A DNA stretch of 64,000 bases, taken from assembly GCA_037447605.1 (NCBI GenBank), contig CM074817.1:992001-1056000 (forward strand), in the 5' to 3' direction. The notes beneath the pieces are model-generated. The model saw only the letters and a list, made by a program, of their open reading frames with translations, searched no databases and had not been told where the DNA came from. This document shows, one piece after another, positions 1 through 11,785 of the stretch (position 1 is its first letter; the number at the start of each line of letters is the position of its first letter). The DNA is from Zygnema circumcarinatum SAG 698-1b. Its lineage: Eukaryota > Plantae > Zygnematophyceae. The position numbers and the translations under genes are program-made.

Positions 1-269
1 GGGTTGGAGAGGAGAGGAGGCAGTGGATTGGGGGGGGGGGGGGAAAGGATGGAGGGGTCGAATGGACGAGGGTTGGTGAGAGGGAAGAACGTGAAATGTT
101 AGAATTGGGGTTGAAGCTGTGTGAGGAGTGGGAGGGTGAAGGCGGGGGGGGGGGAAGGGGGAGGGGAAATGGTTGGTTTGAGGTAGCGGGAGGGGTAGGG
201 GTAGGGCGAGGGAGTGGGAGGGGAAGAGGGAGAGGGAGATAGTGGGAGATATTGCCCGACTGATCTCAC

Positions 270-3200
270 CTCCACCAGCATGCCCACCAGCGCTGCCCGT
301 CTCGCCAGCAACTCGTCCTTTGTGAGTTGCGCCAATTGCGGCACTCGGTGTCGATCTCTCTCCCTATTTCTCAATGGAATTTGGACATTTTCCGGGTTAT
401 CACTCTCAAGACTATTTTCCCTATTCATACGCTTTCCATCTCCTCCTCCTCCTCTCCCACACTCTCCGGTGTTGCTCGATTCCACCGGGTCGTATCCACC
501 TCCGCAGCTCAAAGTCGTCCCTTCACTACACGTAGCGAGAGAATGGCCGGATCGAGCATGACGAAACCCTAAATTTCTATTTTTCTGATTACTGTTATCT
601 TCTTCCCAATCCTCCACACTGCTGTGGTTGACATTGTCGTGATTATTTACTTTTTGGGGACACAAAACCATTTCTAAGGCGGACTCTCCGCTCTCCCTTT
701 GCTCTCCTCCCACTTGAGTGGAATTCAGGGTTGAAGTTTCTTCGAATTCCGCAGTACAAAGCTCGCTCAGAAGCTCTCGGGCAGCTGCAAACTTTTTGGA
801 CCCCAATAGGGAAGGCCCGATCGGATACGGTAATAAGTTTCCACCTGAAGAAAAGGTGACCAATTCTGCCCCTATTTCAGATTCTCCCGGAAAATTCTGG
901 CAGGTGGCATTGCCCCTCCCTTGGTTAAATTCAGACAACCCAGCAATTCCGTCCGAATTTCCTTTGCTTTCGAGCTCCCTACTCTCTACAGGCTCGTTGG
1001 AAATCTGTTCTCCGTGAAATATTTCGCTTGAAGATTGTAAAATGGAGTATTGCCGTTGAATATTCGACAAATCCCCATTTTGTATACCTCCAAGTTCCGC
1101 ATCTTGATGGAATCCCTCCATAATGTGATCACCTTGCTTTGAACGCTTCGGAGAAAGTACGGAAGTAGAGAGAGGGCAATCTTGATCCGCCGACTGGTTT
1201 TGTCCCGTCTCCTCCTTCTCCTCTCCTTCTCCTTCACTTTGAAAGAGCTGATCGCTACTTTGGCACTGAAATTCAGTCGATTTCAAGGGCCTCTTGACTC
1301 CTAAGCTGCTTCTATGTGACTGTACTTTCCCCGTTCCGTTGAAACCCTGTTCGCTGTTTCCTGTTCCGTAGACCCCAATTCTCTCTCCTCTCTCCTCCTG
1401 CTGCCCCCAACTTCCCTGAATCCATCCTAAATAATCGACTGAAACCTCTCTTTCTGCATTGCCTTGATTACATAGAACTTCGCCGTTTCCGTTGGCAGTT
1501 GCGTTCGCAAGGACTGCTTCTTCTTCTTCCGGAGCAAGTTGAGGGGTCCAAATTTGATGCGACCCCCCCTCACTATAGAGCTGCTCTCGCAATGCGTGAA
1601 GCTGAGCCAATGCGAAGCTGCCACCTGGCAGCCCTCCCCCGCTGAGAGGCAGACAGCTGTTCTGGCTGCCCGCCAAGTGATGACCATTTACATGTTCAAA
1701 AATGTGCTCCGTAATTGGTTCGGAAATCGCTTCAGGGCCCAAACGAAAACTTGGAACATATGAAGGGAAAGCGAAGGGGTGGAATTCAGAAGTATCTGCA
1801 TTCCCAGGAGGAGAGAAAAGGAAAAAAAAAATGTAATGGAAGATATGGGAGAGACATGGGTGCAATTCAAATGCAGAATAAGGAGTGCAACTATAGACCC
1901 CATAAGTTGCACCCATTTGACCCGCTTTGACCCGCGTTGACCCAGCTTGACCTGGTTTGACTCTACTTCAGCCTTACCCGAATGGAAAGCCAATTGCCCA
2001 TCCGACTGATTTGCCGCTCCAGCAACCTGAAATCCCCACATAGCACATTTTCTTTTATTGGAATTTCTACTCAAAATAAATCGTAGACGATTCAATGCTG
2101 GTTTTTTGGGTTTTTCCTTTCTCTTTTTTCCTGTTTTTTTTTTTTCACCTGCTCTCCAGGCACAGCCATAAAGAGAGAGACCGGCGCTGCAGCGCGCTCT
2201 GATGTGATTGGCTGACGCTCGACTGGAGCCGTTCCATGTGCCACGTGTCCTTCGCTCCGTTGATCCACAACAGGCCTCACATAGAAACGCGGAACTGTTA
2301 AACTGCTGTTGTCCGGAATATAGTTCCCGTTGTACTGCGGATGAGCCCCTCCTCCTGCAGGTCCCAACCAACCATTGACTCATTGGTTCACTTTTAAATC
2401 TTTTTTGCTTCCGATCGCTCCCAAAAAGAAAAGGAAAAAAAAAAATCGGTAGAAGGTGATGGATAGCTCAAGTTTACCGCTATGCAATGGACTGCAGGAA
2501 TTAGAGATATGTACCTTGCCAGTTCTGCAAGTCTTTATTGAAGTGTTGTGGCTGCAGCCCAGTTCCGTTACCGTTTGTTTGGACGAAAGGGGAGAACCCG
2601 ACTTTATTTCCCAGTGAGTGTGTGAAAGTTTCAGGTGGGTCTGTTGAATGCATTTCCTGAAACCCAACTCCAGAATTTCAAACAGAAAAAGCTTAAAGTA
2701 AAGAAATAAACTTCAGATGAAAACTTGACGATGTCTATTCTCCGGCAGCCCAAAAAAACCATCCGAAGGGCCACACACTTAAACGACTGCTTTTCCAAAC
2801 TGAGAAGAGGATTCATAAGCTTTTTTCAAGATTCAGAGTTCAGATAAACCCACCTGAAACCCAGAATGTGAAGGCGCGTAGTTTATGAAATTGCTTGATT
2901 GCAGCAAGTGTTGGTGTTGTTGGGGTTGCGGCTGACTAGTCGCAGTCGGAGCATTAGTCACTTTGAGCTGCGCCAAAAGCTGCTGATACCAATCGATGGC
3001 CTGCTGCTGCTGCTGACGCGCGTCCACGTCATCGCCAATGGGGGGAGGGTTCATAGAGGGGAGATGGCCCATCCCCATCTCGTGATAGAGTTGTTGGGGT
3101 TGTGGGGTTTGCGCTGCTGCAGAAATGTAAGAAGGGACTGAATTCTCAAATGGGTTGTTTCCATAAGTTGGTATCATTGTTGTTGTTGGCATCATCGCCT

Positions 3201-4530
3201 CCATTTGATGCCGCGCGGTATTGAGATCAAAGTGAAGGTGTGGGTAATGCTGAGAGAGGCTCCGCTGGTAGTGCTCGAGGGAGGAGTAGTCTCCTTCGTC
3301 TCCTTCTTCTCCTTCTTCTCCTTCTTCTTCTTCATTTCGCCCCTCGTGGTTTCCATCCGAAGCGTTTGCATGCGTCTGCTGTGAGGGCTGCATTTGGGTT
3401 TGAACATTGTACGGGAAGTAGAGGGGAGGAGGGGGAAAAGCGGAGTTTGAATTTGGGGCTAAAGCAGCAGCGGAAGCACAAGCAGTGTCTCCCCGGGGAG
3501 GGGGAGGCTGCCTCGCAGATGCTGTACGGAGGCGCTGCTTTCGGTGCAGGAGAGGGGACGAGGAGGCCGACGGAGGTTCCATGTGGGAAAGTGCGTTGCT
3601 CCGTTGAAGGGGAGATTCGGAAATAGTGTGGGGAGTTGGAGGAGCCGCTTGCTGCTCGTCGACCTGAAAAATGAAGAAAGGAAGCAACGATTTAGAGGGA
3701 GAGGGAGAAGGAGAAGGAGAGGGAAAGGGACAGGGAGTAGGAGAGGGAGAATCTTAGTTTTGAAAGTCTTCTGAAATAAGAATTAAAAAGCAGCTGTGAT
3801 TGATCTCTTGAATTCAGCATGTTCAGAAAGGAGCAGTAAAAGTAATTCTAACAAAAGAAAGAAAGAAAGTAAAAAGCCGAAGGTTGCCTGTCGTCCTCCG
3901 CCTGTCTGTGTTTCTAACAGGGGATCTTGCGATCCACAGTACTCCTTTCCTGCCAAGAAATATGAAGAAAAAAATGAAAAAAATAAGAAAAGTAGAAATA
4001 CAAGAACAATAATGTATTGTATTAAAATTTTGTGCTTGTAAAAGAATCGTTTTGCGGGTTGATTTTTTAAGGTTAGCACCTCTGGAAGCTTGATTCAGCT
4101 CATCATAAAGAGCCATCCATGTCTGCTCCGCCACTTCTTGACTCGCGGGTTGATCTCCGATCCTCTGCGGGAAGTAGAACTGGGATCCACGTGGAGAAGG
4201 AACAGTCTGAAACTGTTGATCCTGACTCATTTCTTGAACACTGATTCCACCTCCAGGAGCCGTTTCTCTGTTACCTCTGCTATTCAGTGGTGCCATGAAT
4301 ACAATGTTCGGAATTCCGTTCACATATTCAGGCACAACGTATGCGGAATTCTGCCATATTGTGGAGTTCGTAGGAGGAGGAGAGACCACGAAAGTTCTGG
4401 AAATCCCATTTTCTGAATTGGGTCCCTGCACTATTTCAAATATTGGGTTGTTTTCTGCGCCAAGTATCGATTGGGATTGAGGGGTTTGGAGGAAATGGAA
4501 TTCCTGACTGAATTCTGGAGCTGAATACAT
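270..4530 (-). CDS. BEL1-like (BELL/BLH) TALE homeodomain transcription factor, 5' part; multi-exon, the homeodomain presumably lies left of the window
   Basis: The last visible exon (~1796-270) encodes a SKY-box-like SLLGSKKFAAARELLSELC and a BELL-domain start KDELLARRAALVGMLVE, then a GT donor at 269. Inferred upstream exons are ~4530-4080, ~3950-3888, ~3663-2854, ~2656-2515, ~2370-2150 and ~2028-1977, all Q/P/E-rich low-complexity sequence. Confidence 0.75.
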
Positions 4531-6649
4531 ACTGGAATATTTGGACCTCTTAGTGAAAATAGGATAATGAATGTAAAGAGGTTCTAAGATAAGGGCTTGT
4601 GTAAAAAACGAGCAGCGGTATTAGATCTGTTGACTGCTTGGTTTGAGATTTGGATTAAGATTAGCATAAGGGTGAAGTAAATCCTCTAACTGGAGTCTAG
4701 AACAATCAGGTAATCACAATTTGTTTCCTGTAAGGAACGTTCAAATCCGGAGATTCAGGGTTGATATAGTATTCCTATATATTATTCCACAAAAGAAAAA
4801 TTCGTCGAGAAATGAAGAATGCGATCTGCTTCACCCCCCTCATCGCAAATGAGGGACAAGTTAGAGCAGAAACCATACTTTCAGTAAAAAGCACTCAGTT
4901 AAACCACAAATAGGTATGAAGGAATACCCCGACAAGCTCAACAATTACATGTGCCCCCTCCCCTCCACTCTCCGCCCCACCCTCTCCTCCCCTCCCTCTC
5001 TCCCGCAACCCTCCTCCCAGCCCCACTCTCCCACTCCCCCTTCCCCCTCACCCAAACCCCACCTCTCAGACCCACCTCCCTCCCCCCCTCCCTACCTGCT
5101 TCCCTCCCACCTCCCTCCCTTCCTCCCTGCCCTCCCTGCCTGCCTGCCTCCCTGCCTGCCTTCCTCCCCTGCCTCCCTGCCCTCCCTCCACCCTCTCCCC
5201 TCCTCACCCTCGCCCTGCAAAAGCTCTGCTCTTTATCTCTCTCACTTATTCTCTTTCGCTTCTCTCCCTCTCTCTATTATCCCACGCCCTATTCGAAGGT
5301 ATTGATCAGCTCATGTCATGTCCATCCTATTCAGGCTTTCATAAGTCTTCAAAATTGCAAAAAAACTAAGATTCGGGGCGTATTGTTCACTAAAACAACC
5401 AAAAAAATTGAGCTACGCCATATATGCGCCGGAATTGCCAAGTCAGCTAAAGATGTGCCTTTTATGCATTGCCCAAATGACCTAAGTTTCAATTTTCAAA
5501 TCCAAAATAAAGATGATGACCATTACTTACCATGTTCAAGCCATAGAATTCACTGAATTTTTCCTCGCCTCGAACGCCTCTCTCTCGCACTCCCCTCCTC
5601 TCCGCTTTCACTGTGCCTCTCCCTCTCCTCCTTCCGCTCCCTCGGCCCTACCTCTCCCTTTCCCAGTCCTCACCACACCCTTCACTCACACCCTTCCAGC
5701 CCCTCCCCTATCCCACCCCAAACAGCCTCTCCCTCCCCTTCCTTCTCCTTCCTTCCTCCCCCTCTCCCTCTCCCTCTCCCTCTCCCCTCCGTCTCCCACC
5801 CCACAGTCAAACTCCGTCTACCTCCCACCTCCTCACCAACGACAACTCGTGTCCTCTCCCCCCTCCATGCCCAGCTCAGCGACAGCCATGGCTGCCAGAG
5901 GACCCCCCCCCAGACCCCTCTTGCCGCCACGTGTCGGCCCGTCCGGCAACAGTGACAGCCCCCCCTTCAGGATGGCGACGCGGCCCGCCCTCTCTCTCTC
6001 TATGGCCGCCGGTCGTGTCATGCGACTTCGCACGTGCAACATTTGGCGCGCTTTGCCATGGCGCCGCGTCTTGATCGTCCGATCGATCCATCGCCAGATC
6101 GGACGGTCGAAATCGGCCCGCAGGTCGCTTTTTTTTTTTTTGTAGCGTACGGCGTACGAGGGAGACGGGGGGACCGTCGTTCGCCGGAAAATTTGGCGCA
6201 TCGGGGAATCTTAGCCGTTGATATGGGAATCGCGATCCTTCACACGTGGGAGGGACGGTGGGAATTGGCCGACTGTGGGCGGACGGGGTTGGGGGGTACC
6301 GTGTGTGAGGACGTCGAGGTTTATATGTTCCGAGGTGCCAGTTTTAGTCCCGTGGAACAATTAAAACGACGGAGTGAACACGAAAACGGGGTTTATGTGG
6401 CTGCTTCGTAGGGTTGGGACGGGGAAACTTTTGAGAGTACGTACTTGAGGGGTACCAATTTTGTCGTATTTTGTTACCGTACTGTACTTTGCATGGATCT
6501 TCGTAAGGTCGATCCTTTCCCGGTCAGAGGACACTTGTCGTTCATGCGACGACCGTACCTTCCAATCATGAATTATTTGGATGCGCATTGATCGCCTGAT
6601 TTGCGTTGTGTCCTGATTTGTATCTAAATTCAAAGGTAAGTGTTATTTG

Positions 6650-7040
6650 ACTTATTTCCACCCCTTTTTTGGATCAAAACAGCCCTTCCCGGCCGGGCAG
6701 ATTTCAAAAAGGATTAAAAACGAAAAATGCTTTTCTTACAATGTGCCACGTCACAAATGTAACACGTGGCAGATGTTGATTGGCTGAAAGCTGACGCGAG
6801 ACGCCGCAGGCTGGCCGGTCCAGCTCATAATTTTGCGGAGATCTCGGGCCGAGAGGACGCGCGCATTCGCACATGCCATACGGCTTTGGCGAGACACGTG
6901 GGCGCTTTCCATTCGCTGGGATGGAGCCCGGCTGCAGATCGAACGGTGATTTCCCGTGGTAAGATCTGCGAGGGAATCGACGGCTGAGATTGACCGTACT
7001 TGTGAAGGACGGACACCCCGCGAACGATCTCGTGGCTGAC
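6650..7040. mobile_element. Degenerate relative of the long-TIR MITE at 25975-26695
   Basis: Shares GCCGGGCAGATTT...AAAAGGATT...AAAATGCTTTT with the left TIR and CGGCTTTGGCG..ACACGTGGGC...CGCGAACGATCTCGTGG with the interior of the 26 kb element. Confidence 0.65.
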
Positions 7041-8123
7041 GGATCTTCCGCTCCGAGCGGATTCGGGCAGGCCGGTATTTTATTCTCACAAAAAAAAAAT
7101 CAGGGAGGCGGGATATTCAAAATGGGGTGACGGGGTACCATTTCCTTAACAACAGATTGTTGTACGAACTTCATTGAAGAAGGATCGCCTATTCGTACGA
7201 TGCAGACGTCAGCAAATATGTTATGGACCAATCGAGAGCTGCCGACATTGTGTCCGTTTCTCAGGTAGATATTGTGGTGACCTCAGCAGGGCGGCCCGTT
7301 TGTCGTTTCTATGGACGTATCGCAGCCGTTGGCTTGGACCGGCTTGCTCCGTCCGTCGATATCGCCGATAATATCGGTCAAGAAACTAGACTTTAAGGTT
7401 TGCCAAAATCCAGAAACTTTGTGACGCGGGTTGCAAACTTTGAATGTCAACAAGAACTTGCAAGGCAAATAGAAAGGAAAGAAACACGAGGTTGATTGCC
7501 ACAGTTAACTCCTCCACAGATAATAAAAACCATTAGATTAAGGTAAGGAGAAAGCATATAAAATAAGGGAATGAGGGAAGGAGAGGGAGGGAGAGGGAGG
7601 GAGAGGGAGGGANNNNNNNNNNAGGGAGGGAGAGGGAGGGAGAGGGAGGGAGAGGGAGGGAGAGGGAGGAAGAGGGAGAGGGCTTTAGGTTTGCAATTCA
7701 TAACTTGTAGCGTCTAACACTTTTCTAGGAAGGGTCGCCATTGTTGTTTTTTATAATATCGAAACAATCCAATGGTTGCCAAACTTGTATTCTCTTTCGA
7801 TCTATTTTGCCAACGTGGCGACTTGTCATTGGCGGATATTGAAAAATTTTTAAAACCGAACCATGAATGGTGGCCGGGCCCAAGTTCTTGTTGTTCCAGA
7901 CTGTGACGTGACGCAACGTTGGGCCTTTTTTTTGGAGCACTGACCCCCCGAGCGCGGGCGGACGCGGTCACGTCACGTCGCGTCACGATCACGGTTCGCT
8001 TCGGGAGCTCATTTTCTTACGGACTTTGACTCAAAAAGTGACGGAAAGTTCGCATTCAGTATTCCGGACATTTTTTTTCGAGTCTGACAATTCAAATTAC
8101 GGGAGTCCGACTTAAACGACCAT

Positions 8124-8704
8124 TAGGGCGTGTCAGACTTAAAAAATTCTCGTAATACTAAAAACTCGATATTCGTAACATTTCGAGTCAACGTCAGTAA
8201 AACTAAAATTCCCGAGCCTAGTTTTTCGCACTCGCGGCCCGGTCCTGTTCGCACTCCGCGATCGCCGTCTTCGCACTTCTCCAAACGCCGTCTTCGCAAC
8301 TTCGCCCTCGCGCGGGGCCCTCAGACTTAGAAACAGCGCCGGCGCGGCGCGCGGAGGCCGCTTGTCGTTGTGTCGTGTTGCGCGTCACGGGCGGGCGCGG
8401 GCGCGGGCGGGAAGCCGGGAAAACAACCATGACGTCACGTTGACGCGATTCTCGCCAGTATTTCCTTCGCACGTCCATTTCGGCGCCTCTTTTGGGTGCG
8501 AACAAAATCGTGCGAAGAAATGCAATTCCAGTAAACCCCACGGGTCAATCTTCGCAACGTTGACCCGTTGACTTAGTACAGTTGACTTCCGTTCGGTTCG
8601 GTTTAGGTTCGGGGGCGCGATGATTTTTAGTACTTAGTAACCTCGATTCTCGTAATACTAAAAACTCGATATTCGTAACATTTTGTTAAGTCTGACACGC
8701 CCTA
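8124..8704. mobile_element. MITE-like non-autonomous DNA transposon (~580 bp)
   Basis: Perfect 19-bp terminal inverted repeats TAGGGCGTGTCAGACTTAA (8124-8142) and TTAAGTCTGACACGCCCTA (8686-8704). The outer TA could be a target-site duplication. No coding capacity. Confidence 0.75.
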
Positions 8705-9659
8705 TTTAAGATGTTTTTTGGCCGCGCTAAGTCTGATCCCCCCCCCCCCCAAAATTGTACAGGCCTTCCCCTTCCACAATGGGGGGTTTGTTTAGACCAC
8801 AAACGACAAATGATTTGTCCGATCAATCAGGTCAAATGTACGGTCAATATTAGAGTACAAAGACCACAAGCCTCCCCCACACACCGACAAACAGTCAATA
8901 AAAGCCACTGACGTTCGTTAGGCTATCCCCGCACCCGGTCTTCCACACGTTTGTCGCCATTGGAACCGACAAACAATATTCGATTCACTGACCACACTTC
9001 GATCCAAAATCAAGCGATGGTTCATAGATCCGTCTCCCGCAAGACGACAAATTCATGATGATTTCGTGTTCCCGCGAATCCTCTGATTGATGCTAATCCG
9101 ACGGCTGAAAATAATTTCGATTCGCGCGGGCACAAAAGTCGTCGGCGTTACCCATCAAATCGCGGAGTCGCACGCGCCCTTAAAAGCCGACCGAAACCAC
9201 GTGGTGCCCCCACGGCCCGCCCTCCGCCTCCCCCCCTCCCACTCTCTCACTCTGTCTCTCTCCTCTCCATCTCCATCTTCTTCGCTGCGCTCGCTCGGTT
9301 AGCATATATAGATGCTTCGGAATAAGGCGCTTCAAAGTGGCCGTAAATTTTGTTTTCAAGTCCCTCTCCCTAAGCTCTCCCTATCCCTCTCTCTCCCTCT
9401 ACTTCGCCCTCTCCCTCTCCCACTTCGTCTCCCTTTTACCTCCCTCAACCCTCCACCTCTCCCTCTCCATCTACTCTCCCGATTGTTGGGTACAATAGGG
9501 GTATAGCCTAGAATTGTACGCTGTACGGTTCTTAGCCTTTTGTCTGCGGTCCTTCGGAGATTTGGTCACAGTCTGAACAGGGCGCTAGGGCGCTGTTCTT
9601 AGTGGGAACACGGGAGAGGGAGGGACCAGGCTCAAATTGTCAACACCGATTTCACTCCC

Positions 9660-11350
9660 GCTCCCTCTCTGACTCCCTTTTCATCTCTCTCTCTTTCCTC
9701 CACTCCGACTTCCTCTTTCTCACCCTCTCCCTCTCTCTCTCCCTCCTCTCCCGCTTCCGCTTCCTCTCCCGCTTCCGCTTCCTCTCCCTCTCCCTCTCCC
9801 TCTCCCTCTCGCTCTCCAAATCCCTCTCCAACTCCCTCTCCCTCTCCCTCTACCTCTCCCTCTCCCTCTCCCACTCCCTCTCCCTCTCCCTCTCCCTCTC
9901 TCTCTCCCTCTCCCTCTCCGTCTCCGTCTCCGTCTCCCTCTCCCTCTCCCTCTCCCTCTCCCTCTCCTTCTCCCTCTCCCTCTCCTCTCCCTCTCCCTCT
10001 CCCTCTCCCTCTCCCTCTCCCTCCCTCCCTCTCCCTCTCCCTCTCCCTCTCCCTCTCCCTCTCCCTCTCCCTCTCCCTCTCTCTCCCTCTCCCTCTCCCT
10101 CTCTCCCTCTCTCTCTCCCTCTCCCTCTCCCTCTCTCTCCCTCTCCCTCTCCTCTCCCTCTCCCTCTCCCTCTCCCTCCTCTCCCTCTCCCTCTCCCTCT
10201 CCCTCTCCCTCTCCCTCTCCCTCTCCCTCTCCCTCTCCCTCTCCCTCTTCCTCTCCCTCTCCCTCTCCCTCTCCCTCCTCTCCCTCTCCCTCTCCCTCTC
10301 CCTCTCCCTCTCCCTCTCCCTCTTCCTCTCCCTCTCCCTCTCCCTCTCCCTCTCCCTCTCCCTCTTCCTCTCCCTCTCCCTCTCCCTCTCCCTCTCCCTC
10401 TCCCTCTCCCTCTCCCTCTCCCTCTCCCTCTCCCTCTCCCTCTTCCTCTTCCTCTCCCTCTCCCTCTCCCTCTCCCTCTCCCTCTCCCTTTCTTCCCTCT
10501 CCCTCTTTCTTCCTCTCCCTCTGCCTCTGTCTCTACCTCTCCTTCTCCTCTTCCCTCTCCCTCTCCCTCTCCCTCTCCCTCTCCCTCTCCCTCTCCCTCT
10601 CCCTCTCACTCTCCTCCTTCCCTCTCCCTCTCCTTCTCCCTCTCCCTCTCCTCTTCCTCTCCCTCTCCCTCTCTCCCTCTCCCTCTCCCTCTCCCTCTCC
10701 CTCTCCTTCTTCCCTCTCTCCTTCTCCCTCTCCCTCTCCCTCTCTCTCCCTCTCCCTCTCCCTCTCCCTCTCCCTCTCCCTCTCCCTCTCCCTCTCCCTC
10801 TCCCACTCTCCTCTCCTCTCTCCCTCTCTCCTCTCCCTCTCCTCTCCCTCTCCCTCTCCCTCTCCCTCTCCCTCTCCTCTCCCTCTCCCTCTCCTCTCCC
10901 TCTCCTCTCCCTCTCCCTCTCCCTCTCCCTCTTTCCCTCCTCTCCCTCTCACTCTCCCTCTCCCTCTCCCTCCCTCTCCCTCTCCCTCTCCCTCTCCTCT
11001 CCCTCTCCCTCTCTCTCCCTCTCCCTCTCCCTCTCCACCCCTCTCCCTCTCCCTCCTCTCCCTCTCCCTCTCCCTCCTCCTCTCCCTCTCCCTCTCCCTC
11101 TCCCTCTCCTCCCTCCCTCTCCCTCTCCTCTCCCTCTCCCTCTCCCTCTCCCTCTCCCTCTCCCTCTCCTCTCCCTCTCCTCTCCCTCTCCTCTCCCTCT
11201 CCCTCTCCCTCTCCCTCTCTCCCTCCCTCCCTCTCCCTCTCCCTCTCCCTCTCTCCCTCTCCCTCTCCCTCTCCCTCTTCCTCTCCCTCCTCTCCTCTCC
11301 CTCTCCTCTCCTCTCCTCCTCCTCTCCATCCGCGCTTTCCCCTTCCCTCC
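9660..11350. repeat. ~1.7 kb polypyrimidine (CCCTCT)n/(CT)n tract
   Basis: Near-continuous C/T strand built mainly from CCCTCT hexamers. Confidence 0.95.
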
Positions 11351-11441
11351 CTTTCCGTGATGCAACTCAAGACCCAGAACCGCTTTCAGACTTTTTCACA
11401 TTCAGCTTCATGGCCGACACACATCTCATAACCCTTAAACC

Positions 11442-11785
11442 CTCCTCCAACTCCCCACACTATTTCCGAATCTCCCCTTCAACGGAGCAACGCACTTTCC
11501 CACATGGAACCTCCGTCGGCCTCCTCTTCCCCTCTCCTGCACCGAAAGCAGCGCCTCCGTTCAGCATCTGCGAGGCAGCCTCCCCCTCCCCGGGGAGACA
11601 CTGCTTGTGCTTCCGCTGCTGCTTTAGCCCCAAATTCAAACTCCGCTTTTCCCCCTCCTCGCCTCTACTTCCCGTACAATGTTCAAACCCAAATGCAGCC
11701 CTCACAGCAGGCGCATGCAAACGCTTCGGATGGAAACCACGAGGAGGGAAATGAAGTAGAAGAAGGAGACGAAGAAGACTACTCC
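11442..11785 (+). pseudogene. Inverted duplicated fragment of a BELL gene exon (copy of ~3644-3283)
   Basis: Translates to [52 protein letters not shown]..., nearly identical to ORF 2833-3687 (-), with a few substitutions and a shorter acidic run. Similarity stops abruptly at both ends. Confidence 0.9.

Noticed and set aside
5513-6411. Overlapping GC-rich ORFs upstream of BELL
   Set aside because: No recognisable domain; more likely the 5' UTR/promoter of the BELL gene.
9602-11431. 609-aa Leu/Pro/Ser ORF and overlapping ER/GR-repeat ORFs (also 22526-22888, 52358-53101, 59399-60453)
   Set aside because: These are stop-free translations of CT/GA microsatellites, with no domain evidence.
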